Numbered from the stretch's first letter, positions 26,040-40,100 are shown. The stretch: DNA of 64,000 nt from Eledone cirrhosa (GCA_964016885.1 OZ024743.1:252092001-252156000), one strand, 5' to 3'. Notes: generated by a model not told the origin, from the sequence alone. Translations and numbers: made by a program.

Positions 26040-28130
26040 GCATTAGGACAGCAATTGCGAGTAGAAACAGTTGATTACATTGACCCCAATATTTAACTGG
26101 TACTTCTTTTTATCAGCTCCAGAAAGGTGAAAGGCAAAGTTGACCTTGGCAGAATTTGAGTTCGCTTTTAACATTTATCCTTCCAGGTTTGAAATGTAAT
26201 GGGGTGGGGGTAGTCAGTTATACTGACTCCAGTGGGTTGAATGACAAATTCAACCTCAACAGGATTTGAACTCAGAACACAAAGCACTGGAACAAATACT
26301 GCAGATCTGCTCCAACAGACAGAATGCAGCATCTGCCTTGATTGGAAAAAATACCAGTAGACATTTTATCCACCACTTTAACAACTCTACCAACTTACCA
26401 CCTTGCAAATAGATGTTTGCTATCATTACAGAAAGATAAATGTAAATATTTAAATATCTGAAGACGAGGTTAATAGTTTGAAAAATTACCATTTTAATAA
26501 CAATAGCTCTTGTTAATAACTTTTGACAATTTAAATATTTTGCAATGATTTAGTCCATCAGTTTACAGTTTGTAACACCACCACTACACTACAACACAAC
26601 TCACCACCCAGCGTTTTTAATACCAACACTACACCACCTAACTGATCAGCAATTCAAATGAGGAAAAAAATCTCTGTAAAATTACATTACTGTTATCTTA
26701 ATATTTTATCTAATGGTTAAAATGGTTTTCACATTGAAGGTCATGCTATGGTCAAAGTGATGTTTGACCGCTGCTGAGTTCATGAGATAAGAGCCATTAG
26801 CGTGTTAAGGGGTTAATACAGTGAAAATTATGCACCGCCCTTAAAAAATGAATAGCCCAAACAACAAACATTGAACATGTGTCTAATTAAAATACATTAA
26901 TATTGTAGAGTCTAATTGACAAAATTCGTTAGAGCATTGGCTAAAACCTCTTGCAGTATATAGTTCTTGTTATTTACATTTTGAGTTCAAACCCTGCTGA
27001 GATCACCTTAGATTTTAATCCTTCTGAGGTTGATAAAATAACGTACTAGTCAAATATGGGAGTCAATATAATCACCTTTCCCCTTCCCCTAAATTCTATC
27101 CATTATTGCTATTTTTTTTATTGTTATAGGTCAGTAAATTGGTAGAATCGGTAGAGCCTCGGACAATATGCTTTATAGCATAAAGTTACAGTTCTTTACG
27201 TTCTGAGTTCAAATCCAGCCGGGGTTAGCTTTGCCTTTCATCCTTACAGAGGCGATAAAATAAAGCGCCAATAACACACAGGAATCAATTTAATCAACTT
27301 TCCCCTCTCCCCAAATTATTGGCCTTGTGCCTAAATCAGAAACCATTATAATTATTATTATTGTTATTATTAATAACTGTTATAGGTGTAAGAACATCAA
27401 ATTAAAAAAGGCTTCAGCATTTCATTGTTCAACCTCACTGTCTTCTGAGTTCAAAACCTACTGCAGCAAATTTCTTCTGCAATCAATAAAGAAAAGTACC
27501 ATGTAAGTACTGGAAATGATATAGATGACTCTCTCTGTCCCCTAAATTATTGGCTTTGTGCCTAAATCAGAAATAATTAAGGGGCAGTGGATTTACAGAA
27601 TTATTAGTGTTGGATAAATTGCTTCATGACATGTGCTTGCTCTTAATGTTCTGCGTTCAAATCCTGCTGAGGTTAACTTTGCCATTTGTCCTTCCAAGTT
27701 AGATAAAATAAAGTACCCTATAAATACTCAGATCAACAATATTGAGTTTCCTCACCCCACAAATTGCAGGCCTTTTGCCTAGATTAGAATCCTTTTTATT
27801 AACTGTTATCATGTGCAGGACAGATCCAGTTATCAACCAAGTCTATTATGAAGATTTATCCATTACCTTCCTTTGGCAAGGAATAGTAGGTACTTTCCCT
27901 CAGTCTAGTGCCCATGGTGAAGAAAATGATATGGTGGTTCACCCATGTGCTATAACACCATTTATCTCAGGTGTTTTATGGGAATATAAATAGACCCCCA
28001 GTACATCACTGATACATTATTTTATCAACCCTAGAAGGGGACTTTGACCTCTACAAGACTTGAACTCTGAATGTGAATGCCACAACTAAATGTTGCAAGA
28101 AAATTTTCAACATTTCTAACAATTCCACTA
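26040..28130. mobile_element. Cluster of Meta-like SINE copies in both orientations
   Basis: Repeated gagttcaaatcc...ttgcctttcatcc...gataaaataaagtac modules, e.g. 27125-27350 and 27580-27795. Confidence 0.75.
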
Positions 28131-29430
28131 TACCTTTTGATACTAAACTGTCTGAACCCATCCATGGTTCTATGATACAAAACTATTCATTTTAAAATCT
28201 CTATATTTATCTAAAAACTTCCATTGAATGTAAGAATCTTTACGTTTCAAACTGAAGTTTAATAATGAGAAAATTAGTTACTTTACTAAATCTTTTAAAA
28301 ATTCTTGATTTCTTTCATAAAGATTTTATAGTCATAGGTAGTCTTTCATTACAAACATGAAATTAAATGGATTAAATTATATGTATTCTTATAAAAACCA
28401 TCCATAGTAATGAGAAAATTAGTTATATTAACCCGCTCCACACACACAGAGACAATTCTTGATTATTTTCATGATTATTTGAAAATCATAGGCAGTGTCT
28501 TTCTATTATTAGAAATATGGTAACAAAAAAGGTTAAATTAATAATACTTCTTTTCTGCAGAGAATTCAACAACTTATCATTGAAAAATAGATTTAGATTA
28601 TTTAAAAATTAAAGTGGTATACATATTTCTATGACAAAAACGAAGTTCATTAATGTGTATTAAAAGAAAATTGGTTGAGAAGCAAATCCCTGAGGATCTC
28701 TATGAAGAAGCAGTAGAATTCTTGTTTCAAATTCTGGAGTGGAATAATTGATTTTTAAGGGAATAGTGGAATTGAAACATGAGTTAATTCTACTTTCTAC
28801 AAATGCTCTGGGGAGTTAGATAATGCAGGAAAACACTATGATTCATAGTGCATTAAGCTCTTTGCTTCTTATCCTATTTTTTCTGTTCTTTTAGTTGAAA
28901 ATCTTGTAGTTATGCACTCAAGCAAGACTTATGTGGTTAATATGTTTATTTTGCAGATATGTGTTTTCATGTTCTGTAGCAATACATGGCACCTTGGGTA
29001 AGTATTTTCCACTATAACCTTGAAGTCAACTAAACGAAAACGTTGTGAATGAAATTTGGCAAGTATAAACTGTGTGGAAGCCCATCATTAGAAATATTGT
29101 TACTTTTCTCAGCGAGTAGAATTGACCCATCACTTAATTTAACCCCAACACATAACCCTTGGGTATTTTAAGGGAGTCTATTCTGTTGCAGGAATTTGGG
29201 TCATGTTTTTGTTTGAGGATACCCACCCCTTTCTTTCCTTCAGTTTTGGCAAACTTTGAAAAGAGTCATGGGCCCTTCACTTCCTCTTGATTAATCAATT
29301 AACAATAAAAGTTTTGTTGAGAAGTGAAAAGTCCACTCGTGTTTTCCTGGCATTAGTTTAACTCAATGTTTCTTTTATATTCTTGACACTACAATGATAT
29401 GAAGCTGATAATATTAACTACAAGAAAGAG

Positions 29431-29803
29431 GGGTGGATTGGCAGAATTGTTAAAGTTGTGGGTTGGCAGAATTGTTAAAGTGGTGGATTGGCAGAATGTT
29501 TAAAGCGGTGGAATGACAGGATTGTTAAAGTTGTGGATTGGCAGAATTGTTAAAGTGGTGGATTGACAGAATTGTTAAAGTGATAGATTGGCAGAATTGT
29601 TAGAGCAGTGGATTGGCAGAATTTTTAGGGCAGTGCATTGGTAGAATTGTTAGGATAGTTCATTGGCAGAATTGTTAGGGTAGTGGATTGGCAAAATTGT
29701 TAAAGTGGGGGATTGGCAGAATTGTTAAAGCAGTTGGTTGTCAGAATTGTTAAAGTCCTTGATAGGCAAATTGTTAGAGGGGAGTAATGGCAGAATTGTT
29801 AGA
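29431..29803 (+). repeat. 23-bp minisatellite, ~16 units, derived from the SINE 5' head
   Basis: Unit gtggattggcagaattgttaaag matches the SINE start ggggcagtggattggcagtatcggtagag. Confidence 0.9.
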
Positions 29804-29949
29804 TCATCAAAGGAAATGTTTAGTATTTCTTCAGACTTTTTACACTCTAAATTAAAATATCACCAATATCAACTTAGTATGTTATCCTTCTGATTGAGTG
29901 TAGATGAGGGTTTAATGTAAAATAGCAGCCAAGCACTGGGATCATTATA

Positions 29950-30230
29950 ATTGATGGGCTGGCAGAGTAGTTCAAGTGTCAGATGGAATTCTTTGCAGTA
30001 TTTAGTTACAACTTTCTACATTCTGATTTCAAATCCTGCTGAGGTCAACTATGCCTTTCATTCTTCTGGGGTCAATAAAATAAAGTACCAGTTAAATACT
30101 GGGTTCGATATCAAAAACTTTCCCCTTTCTCCAAATGTTTGGCCTTGTGTAAATATTAGAAATAATTATAATTGACATTCCCCTTCCCTTAAATTGCTGG
30201 TCTTACACTTAAAATCAGAAGTCATTATTA
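29950..30230 (+). mobile_element. Meta-like SINE copy
   Basis: Core gaggtcaactatgcctttcattcttctggggtcaataaaataaagtaccag. Confidence 0.75.
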
Positions 30231-31009
30231 ACCTCAAGAATTTTAGTCTCCTTTACTATTCTATGCAAATAAGGAAAATTTACATATGTACCAATTCCAC
30301 AGACATGCAACAAAGAATTGACACCAGCATTAGAGACAATAAACACAGGCAAACACAAAGCTTAATCTTTGCCTGTCTTTCATAGCTTCAGACCTACTAA
30401 TTTTCTTGACTGCCAGAGATATCTTCACAATTTTCACTTATGCAAAGCCTTTAAATTATTCAACAAAAAGCTAAGAGAGAGAGACTCTGTCTGCTATTAA
30501 AATGTAACAGTTGTACCGTTGAATGATGGATGATTATATGCCATAATTCTTCAACAGATATTTCTTCAGAATTATAAGTGTGTCCTTGATTAATATCTTA
30601 AGTGTAATGTGAAATTTGAATATTTACTATATTAATAAAACATTACGCACACACATACACACATCATCATCATCATCATTGTCGTTTAACATCTATCTTC
30701 CACGCTAGCATGGGTTTATATTTATATATGTGTGCGTGTATGTGTATGCATATATGTATATATATATATATGTGTGTGTGTGTAGCTATATATGTATATA
30801 TATATATGTGTGTCTATGTATGCATATTTGTCTGTAAATAAGACTTGATTGCCTTTAAACAAAACACTAAAAAATCACCATAAACCAACCACTGACCTGC
30901 ATTCATAGCTCCCCCTAAACCAGCCCCAAACCCATATTCCTCAAAATAACCATGGAACACACCAGCCACCAATGTATGTATATGTATTTATACATTATTT
31001 TTTAACTCA

Positions 31010-31280
31010 TTAAACGGTTAAGCAAACAATTTCTGCTTCCAACCTTATTCGCGATCTTCTGAAATATATATATCAGTCTGTGGATGAAGATATGAATATT
31101 TCAAAAAGCTTCCAAGCAAATATTGCCTTTAAAAAATAGAAAGACATAATATTTATGCATGAAGACATTCATCTCAGTTTTTCGAAATATTTATGTCTGC
31201 ATTCACAGATTTTTATATCTCAGTTTCAGAACATTCTGTATAAGGGTGAAAGCAGAAATTGTTTGCTTAAACTTTTAATC
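31010..31280. repeat. Diverged fold-back with ~100-bp arms
   Basis: ttaagcaaacaatttctgcttccaaccttat.. pairs with ..tataagggtgaaagcagaaattgtttgcttaa. Confidence 0.65.
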
Positions 31281-33071
31281 CGTGCAAATAATAAATATTG
31301 GCTCTAGGGTTTATATATACTCATATATATATATAGAACTCTTATTGAGTCCTCTCTGGATTTTGGTCTTTGCAATATATTATTACTACTATATATATTC
31401 GAAGGAAATCATCAGGAAAGAGCTTTTTTTCTTTGAATGAAACAGTTCTAGTCCTGTAGAAGTTATTTCTATATTAAATTTGTTGTATGTACTCTACTAA
31501 TGCATTGAGTACCTTACTTACTGTGGTTACCTCCGATTGAAAACAGGACTCACATATATGTGTGTGTGTGTGTATATATATAAGGTGATTGTGTTGGTGA
31601 CATGATTAAAAAGTACCCTGTCCAACCTGACAGTTGGCAGTTTTATGCTATGATGAAAAGCACCCAGTCAATGCTACAAATATAGTTAATATTAGGAAGG
31701 GTAGCCAGCCATAGAAAATAAACCATAAACAGTTTTATATGAGCAAGATATTGCCACCTGATCTCAAACACGGATGGAAAATCACAAATTCTTATGCTTG
31801 AGAAAGAAGTTAAAAGAAAAAGGAAGCAAATAAATGACTCAATGTATCAGACATAAATCCGTCATCAAGAAAGAGCAAAGTTTAAACGGTGATGTGGTTG
31901 GAAGATTGAGGGAGAAAAAAGTTTTTTTCAAATGTGGGTGGAGGATAGGTGAGTAGTCCAGCATGTATGGGTGGGGGCCAGGTGTATCATTGATGCTGTT
32001 ACATGTGTGTAGATCGAGTGCATTTAGTGGGTGTGCATGTCATTGGTGTTAAATCTCCATTGTGAGTGTACCATTGATAGAAGTGTATGTATCTACATAT
32101 ATGTCTGTGAATTTTATATGTAATTTTGTCTGTATATGTGTGCACGTGTACACAACATATTAAATCCTGAATTTCTTTTCTGTGTAATTGTTTATCTGTT
32201 AATGTGTATGGGGAAGAGAGAGTGGGAAATATATATATATATATATATATATATAGAAAGAGCGAGAGAGAGTGAGAGGGAGAGAGAGAGAGAGAGAGTG
32301 AGATTGTGTGTGTGTGTTATATTGATTCTTTATCGTGATGCTTTGTGACAGTTTTTACATTGTTATTGGATATTTATGGTAGATATATAGATAGGTAGAT
32401 ATTAAATAACCCCCCCCCCCCCCCCCCCATATACACATACATACACTTCGTATTTGTATTATACTGTATACACAGGCATATTATTAATGAAGAAAAAAAT
32501 AGTTAACACATATCAACGAGTGGAAACACATGCCTTCGTATTTGTGTGTGTCTGTATGCATGTATCTGTGTGCATGTATGCCTGTGTGTATGTATGTGAA
32601 CCCTGGATTCACACACAACCCTGGATTACTTTGATTATATTGTTATACTTTGGGAGGGTGAGGCTGCCAATACACATACACCAGTTGAGCTGCAATTCAG
32701 TTTATTATAAGTTATACATTTAATTCATTCCTCTGCTAGTTTAGTAACAAGATGGTTATTTAATTGCTAAAGTTTTTTATCACACATCTCTGACCTTTTC
32801 AATGACTATTCTTGCTCCTCTGTGCCTGTCCACACTTTATTTTGATTTTGTTTTAATTACTCCAAGTTTTTATGTGGTGTGTGTGTAGTATGTGTATGCC
32901 TGTGTGTGTTTGTGAAAAACAAAGTATATATATATAGTTCAAGTTTTAAAAAGACTTACAGCTACAATTACACAAAGTATTATTAGTTTCCTGCTTGTTG
33001 AAAAGGGCATGTCTCATTATATTGGACATTAGTCTTTCATCAGGAAAGAGGAAGTTAGAAGGTTGAAGAAA

Positions 33072-33292
33072 TAATTGTATCTACTTTTGGCACAAAGCCA
33101 GCAATTATCCCAGTGCATTACTGGTACTTTATTTTATCAACCCCAAAAGGATGAAAGGCAAAGTTAACCTCGGCAGGATTTGAACTCAGATCATAAAGGG
33201 GCGTCACTCTATGCTGCAAAGCAGGATGTTGATTCTCTACTGAAGCTGGAAAGCATAGTATCCAACCCTCTACTGATACTGCCAATCCACGG
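33072..33292 (-). mobile_element. Meta-like SINE copy
   Basis: Reverse complement of the 10502 unit. Others lie at 50750-50848 and 58178-58372. Confidence 0.85.
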
Positions 33293-34804
33293 CCAGGTTC
33301 CACACAGTTTCTATCTACTAAATTTTACTTATGAGGCATTAGTCAATACAAGGCTATATAGTAGAAGACACTTTGCCCAAGGTGTTACCACAGAGAGGGA
33401 CTGAATCATGAAATCACATGGTTGTGAAATGAACTTTTTCATTACACAGCTATGCAAGTGCCTACATTATACATAGTGTGTCTGTGTAATGTAGTGGTTT
33501 TACAAAACAAGAAACACTAGAAACAGGAAACATGAAACAACCATTCCCTATTTGTTTCCTCTTCCTCCAACCAAATACTTGATTCTCTAATCAATACATA
33601 GAATAATTACAACACACAACACACAAATAAAAGAAATTTCATAGGGATTTTAATTTTCTGTTTGACCATTAATTTAATATTATCCTAGCAGGCATTTCCA
33701 TTGATTACCCAATCATTACTGTTCTTTATAACAATCTCAGTCCTTTGATCATATTGTTTATTAATTATATCCCGTGTAGAATATTTTCATTCCAAAATCA
33801 TCATTAAGCTTTTTAAAAAGTTACTTTGAGTTTTCATTTAAATTTTCGTTTCGTTTGTCATATTATTGGATTATATCAGTTTTGCCTTTGTCCCTTCCAT
33901 CTCTTTATGATATTTAACGATATGATTGTTTATTACTTGCAAAGTTTACTGCCAAACAAAGTTTACTTCTTTTATGATGGAACAGCAACAATGTCTGTTG
34001 GCTTAGCAATGCTATGGTATTACCATTTTCAGATTTTCGCTGATACCCACTTACACATTCACATATTATGTGGTAGTGGTAATACTATGAAAAAACAAAC
34101 CCAGTACGCACTGTAAAATGGTTGGTGTTACAAAGCACATTCAGTTGTGGAAACCATACCAAAATTTAACATACAAGCAAGATACCGTTGTCTGACCTGC
34201 TTGTCTAGCCTCAGAGTGTGACAATCCATCTAGTCCTTGCAAGCATGGGGAATATATGTAAAACGATAATGATAGATATTTATATGAGTGTTGTAGTTTG
34301 CTTAAAACATTGTGTAATATATAGTAAATAGTGTTGGGATCCTATGGGTTTGTGACAAATTTTCTCTCATTTGTAAATAGTTGTTAAGACTATCATCTTG
34401 TCCTTTATCCATTTGTTACTGTCCCTTGTGCACTAGAGCCAGTTGTATTGGTATTAAACCACTGAAACAACAGACCTCTACTGGTCAACTGAAGAGATGG
34501 GACTGTTTTCACGCATCTGACTGTGTTTTTTCTCAATTTCTTTCCATTCTTTCCTCTTCACTCTTTATTTTTATATTTTATCTTCTATTTCTCATTCTAT
34601 CTTCTGATGAAAGACTAATTAATGAACAAAACGTTAAGATACTTTTCCTGTTATTTCAAGCATTAAACTAATATATTTCTTCATTGTGCTGTGTTGTTTG
34701 CTTTGTTATTTGTGTCTATCTATCTATCCTTCTTATGTGTGTGTGCCCCAATCCACACATTTCAAATTTCACATATATATATATATATTTATATGTATGT
34801 GTGT

Positions 34805-34840
<36 letters not shown>

Positions 34841-36903
34841 AGATTTATTAATTTTGGTATGGTATGAAAAGATCAATGTGTGCTTAAGGTCTACAATAAG
34901 TAAGGATTGAAAACAACCAAAATGGTTGCATGAAATAATCTTTACTGCTTTATACGCCTAAAAAATATTACTTCTAAGCCTAAAAAATACTACTTCTCAT
35001 CTGGATTTTTCAGTACTTGCTAATGTTTGTGATATGTTTGTGCTGAATTCAACCCCTCTTAATGCTGTTGATGATATAGAGGTATGTTTGTATATTGTGT
35101 GAATAATTGTTAATTACAACTGAGTAATTCGTTGTATGCATATACATACAAGCTTATCACCTGTATAGAAACAATTTTGAAGATTAAATACGGATTTAAT
35201 TTTAAAACAATTGGCTTTCTTCAATTTAAATATATATATCATCATCATCATCCCCATTTTATGTACATTCTACCATGCTAGCATGGGTTAGACGGGTTGT
35301 CCTGTTGTGTGCAGTGCCTGGTCGGCTGACCTTGTCTTGTTCATACGGGAACTGATTCTGGCTTAATTTCTACAGCTGGATGCCCTTCCTAACAGCAACC
35401 TCATTTACAGTGAGTGTTGGTTGCCATGGCACTTATACGACTACTTTACAGTGGGAGGGGGTGGGGCATATTGTCTATATGCTTTATCTTCGGCTTCGGC
35501 TTGTACCCATGGCAAGTCGGGTCTTCTATATATATATATATATAAATGACAAAATAAGATGCTGAGGTTACATATATCGTTTAATCATTATAATTATTTC
35601 CATGGTTCTCCATGCAATCGAGATGTCCTTCATGTATTTGTTGTTGTTATGAGAATGGTATCCTCAGATGATATCCGATATGTTTGATATGCCGCCGGCA
35701 GGAAAAACACATGTCCTATTGCTTGTGTGCCCAGCATAAAATGCATAAATTATATCTTGAATTGCAAAAGAGAACCATTGAAATAATTATATTAAGAAAG
35801 ATGTTGATGTTACATATTAAGAAAGATGTTGATGTTACATATTCATTATAATTATTTCAATGGTTCTCTTATGCAATTCAAGATGTAATTTATGTATTTG
35901 TTGTTATTATGAGAGCGGTATCTTCAGTTGAAAATCCAATTTTGTGATATGCTGCAGGCAAAAAAACAAGTCCTTCTACTCGTGCGCTTGGCTGACATAC
36001 AAGTTCCTAAAGGGTCTTTCCCAGCTGTTGTATTTACAATTTGTAGGGCGAGGTGTTATCTATGTGTCAATTAGCGAATCTCATCTCATATACCCACCAA
36101 AGAACTTTGGTCGTAAATTACCAAAAGGATAACCTTTCAACCATGCAGTGGGGGCCTGTACCAGGCATTAGTCTGTGCACACATAGATAGTAGGAGTAAA
36201 AAGAGGAATTTTGAGAGTGGACAATATAGCCATTGAGATGACAGGTATATTCAAGACAACAGCAACAACAACAGCATTGACCACAACACCAGCATTGACT
36301 GCTGTAGTAGCAGTGATAACAATACACTATTAATGACAAAAGCTACATCAACACTAGATAGCCAATACAATTACCACCTAAGTTAAGCAACGGTGACAAC
36401 AACAGCAACAACATTAGTAATGAATTCGGTCACAACGATGGCAACAAAAGTCATGGCTGTAGTGGTATTGTTCATCGTAAATAAACCCATAGTAATAATA
36501 ATAATAATAGTTATTAGTAACAACAATAGTAGTCAGTTGTAACTACAGTGATATTTATAACAACAACAACAACACCTGGACAAATTAGGTGTAAGAATTG
36601 TGAGATCAGACTAGCAGACTGTAAATTGAGCATAAAGAATGAATATGAATGGGAATTGTAGGTAGTGAACAGACGAACTAAAAAAACAATAGTGGTATAT
36701 AGATGAAGTGTAGGTATATATAGGGAGTACAAAGAAGAAAAGAATATAAAACATGACCCTCATGCTGCGAGTATATAATCCTATATGTGTATATGTGTGG
36801 TGGTAGTGTGATTCGGGGTGAACATAAACAGAAATAGCAACGCAAACAGTACAGTAAATTGAAAGAATATATTAGTTTAATACTTGAAATAGAAGGAAGA
36901 GGG

Positions 36904-36939
36904 TCTTAACGTTTCGGACGCTAGTCCTTCATCAGAAGA
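36904..36939 (-). ncRNA. Minimal type I hammerhead ribozyme, same family as 18757
   Basis: Minus strand TCTT-CTGATGA-A-GGAC-TAGC-GTCC-GAAACGTTA-AGA. Flanks 36825-37045 are homologous to 18675-18895. Confidence 0.85.
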
Positions 36940-37069
36940 AATAATGAGAAATTAGAAAAGTTAAAGGAAAGGGTAGGGCGGAATTGGAAAAGAAACTGTT
37001 TTTAGAGAAAAATAACATGTCTATTGATGTTGCCATCTCTCCCTCTCTCTCTCTCTCTATCTCTCTCTG

Positions 37070-37094
<25 letters not shown>

Positions 37095-37103
<9 letters not shown>

Positions 37104-37591
37104 TATAATTCAAAATCCGAGCATACATGTCATGAACAAACAAAGTAGAAACATGGACATATTCTTTTCTCATCTGCTAATTGGTGGAGATCACTAAAAT
37201 GTTTGTGCTTTAAAGTTAGTAGCACTCCCTGCATCAGACTAGGGACTGTAGGACAAAGCACAATGACATAACATGGTAAAATAGGAGAGGGGAAGATGTT
37301 TTGACCAAATTTACATGTCAAAGGTAAATGTGCAATATATATATATATATATATATTGCCAATAATCTAGTCTTTAGTGCATCGAAAAAATACCAACAAT
37401 AATCAGCAGACTACTGAAGAGGACATTTTAACCCTTGTCTATTTTATGTTGATACTTATACTCCGTTTTACATCATCTAGCTGTAAACTCGAATGGAATT
37501 GGAGATATACAAAAGCGTGGAGAACTTAATATTGTTAACATAAAGTTATTGGACCTTTTTACACAACCAATAATGCACCTTACTATATAAC

Positions 37592-37642
<51 letters not shown>

Positions 37643-37925
37643 CTTTCATTTTCAGTCAGAAGCACCCTGTAGATTGTATATATACACATTTACCTTTGAC
37701 ATGTAAATTTGGTCAAAACATCTTCCCCTCTCCTATTTTACCATGTTATGACATTGTGCTTTGTCCTACAGTCCCTAGTCTGATGCAGGGAGTGCTACTA
37801 ACTTTAAAGCACAAACATTTTAGTGATCTCCACCAATTAGCAGATGAGAAAAGAATATGTCCATGTTTCTACTTTGTTTGTTCATGACATGTATGCTCAG
37901 ATTTTGAATTATATGTGTGTGTGTG
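37095..37925. repeat. Inverted repeat with ~240-bp near-identical arms and a ~350-bp spacer
   Basis: 37095-37332 is the reverse complement of 37686-37925; the same peptide appears in ORFs 37130- and 37639+. Confidence 0.95.
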
Positions 37926-38560
37926 TATATATACACACACATGTCTATTTTTATTCATATATTCATGTTCTCAACAACGCAGCACGCCATTCTTCATTCA
38001 TATATATATATATATACACACAAATGAATATATGAGAGGGATGAACACTGATACAAGTATACATGTGTTCAAATTGCAAGTTTTTTCAACCTAGCTAACT
38101 TGATCATTTGCAATTGGAACACATGTATACTTATATCTGTGTTCATCCCTCTAATATATTCAATTGTATTACACGGCTCGGAAATATTCCCTTCTTTAAG
38201 CTATTTAATTGTAAAAGACTATTTCGAGTTTATAACTCAATATATATATATATATATATATATTTCATATACTTCATATACATTATATGCATTATAAAAC
38301 TTTTTTTCAAAAAGAATTATTCCTCTCATTTTTTCAATGATGTTATCTTTTCAATAATTTGACGAATCGAAAAAGAAAAACAGACCCTGAAATATATTTT
38401 CCGTGCTATTTCCAATGTTTTGTATAGAATCCTCACTTCGCTTTTCTAATATATATATATATATATATATGCAAAAGTTTTATTTAAAATTGTTGGGTCA
38501 CAACGAGTAAATATTTTATAACTGATATAAAAGCACTCAACAGTTTCTGGAGTAGGTTTA

Positions 38561-38963
38561 CGATATTAAACAAATGGAAACTATATTTATAAAACCATAT
38601 TTATTTCGTTATATATATTTCTGGGATATCATATTAAAAATATGGTATGCCTTCCTCAGACAAAATACAATACATAAGCTGTTTTATAAATAATTTTGAC
38701 ATACCTTATAATAATGCAACTTCCATTTAAAAAGTTGATTTGGTAGAAAATTGTTTAATAACCGTTTGTTTCGCTACTTTTATAAAAGTTCATTTTAAAT
38801 GGAAGTTGCATTATTATAAGGTATGTCAAAATTATTTATAAAACAGCTTATGTATTGTATTTTGTCTGAGGAAGGCATACCATATTTTTAATATGATATC
38901 CCAGAAATATATATAACGAAATAAATATGGTTTTATAAATATAGTTTCCATTTGTTTAATATC

Positions 38964-38965
<2 letters not shown>
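38561..38965. repeat. Fold-back with ~172-bp arms and hammerhead-like motifs (38861-38920 plus; 38605-38664 minus)
   Basis: Arms 38561-38733 and 38793-38965. TTTGT-CTGAGGA-..CATAT/ATATG..-GAAA-TATATA-TA-ACGAA. Homologous to 18340-18460. Confidence 0.85.
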
Positions 38966-39015
<50 letters not shown>

Positions 39016-39215
39016 GTGAGGTTTTTTTTACAAATTGAAAAATAACCGAGGTGTCCTACACGAGTGAAAGTATAAAGAAAAAGAGATGAAATCAAAAATG
39101 CAACTGGAGTCTTATTTTTTTTTTAAATATATATATTTATTTGGTTCCTTTACCGGTTTCGCAGTTCTTCTGCTTTTCAAAAGTAGAGTTGAGATGGAGG
39201 GTCTGTGGTTTTTCT

Positions 39216-39249
<34 letters not shown>

Positions 39250-39255
<6 letters not shown>

Positions 39256-39934
39256 TAGCGAAACAAACGGTTATTAAACAATTTTCTAAATAAATTAAAA
39301 AAGAATTAAACAATCACCTGTTCAGATGCTGTTACCGACGGTTTCATCATTCCGAAAGATTGGAAATCCAACGAATTTCCAATGGAAAGAAATGAATCTT
39401 CAGACAGCCCTATTTCCACGCTATAAGGTATAGCAAGTAAATATTATGCTCCTTGCCCAACGCATGCGGTCAAGCCGTTAAAGTGACACACACGCAAATC
39501 AGGTCGCTGATAAAAGCTGGATATTATAAACATGTCGAATTGCCACTAAAATTAGCAGCATTATTCAACGTTTTGTTCTCTACATAAGGAGAATAAATTA
39601 TAGAGAACAAAACGTTGAATAATGCTGCTAATTTTAGTGGCAATTCGACATGTTTATAATATACAGCTTTTATCAGCGACCTGATTTGCGTGTGTGTCAC
39701 TTTAACGGCTTGACCGCATGCGTTGGACAGGGAGCATAATATTTACTTGCTATACCTTATAGCGTGGAAATAGGGCTGTCTGAAGATTCATTTCTTTCCA
39801 TAGGAAATTCGTTGGATTTCCAATCTTTCGGAATGATCAAACCGTCGGTAACAGCATCTGAACAGGTGATTGTTTAATCATTTTTTAATTTATTTAGAAA
39901 ATTGTTTAATAACCGTTTGTTTCGCTACTTTTAT
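39250..39934. repeat. Fold-back with ~330-bp arms and a ~20-bp loop
   Basis: 39250-39581 is the near-exact reverse complement of 39601-39934. Confidence 0.95.
39328..39408 (-). ncRNA. Type I hammerhead motif with a long branched stem II
   Basis: Minus strand GCTGT-CTGAAGA-T-TCATT...AATGA-T-GAAA-CC-GTC-GG-TA-ACAGC. The mirror copy 39775-39855 has GAAA changed to CAAA. Confidence 0.7.
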
Positions 39935-40034
39935 ATTCTTCTGGTATCTCGAATTAGTGCCATTGAACCACATGTATTATAAACAACTTGAATATTTCTA
40001 CAGGTACATTGTACCTGTTGAGGTATCCATCCAC

Positions 40035-40096
<62 letters not shown>

Positions 40097-40100
<4 letters not shown>

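Noticed and set aside
29431-29803. CRISPR-like appearance of regular 23-bp repeats
   Set aside because: Units are contiguous with no unique spacers, there are no cas genes, and the unit derives from the SINE head.
31155-31202. Hammerhead-like atgaaga..gaaa..gtc in the 31-kb fold-back
   Set aside because: The core lacks C3 and stem II does not pair, so it cannot be supported.
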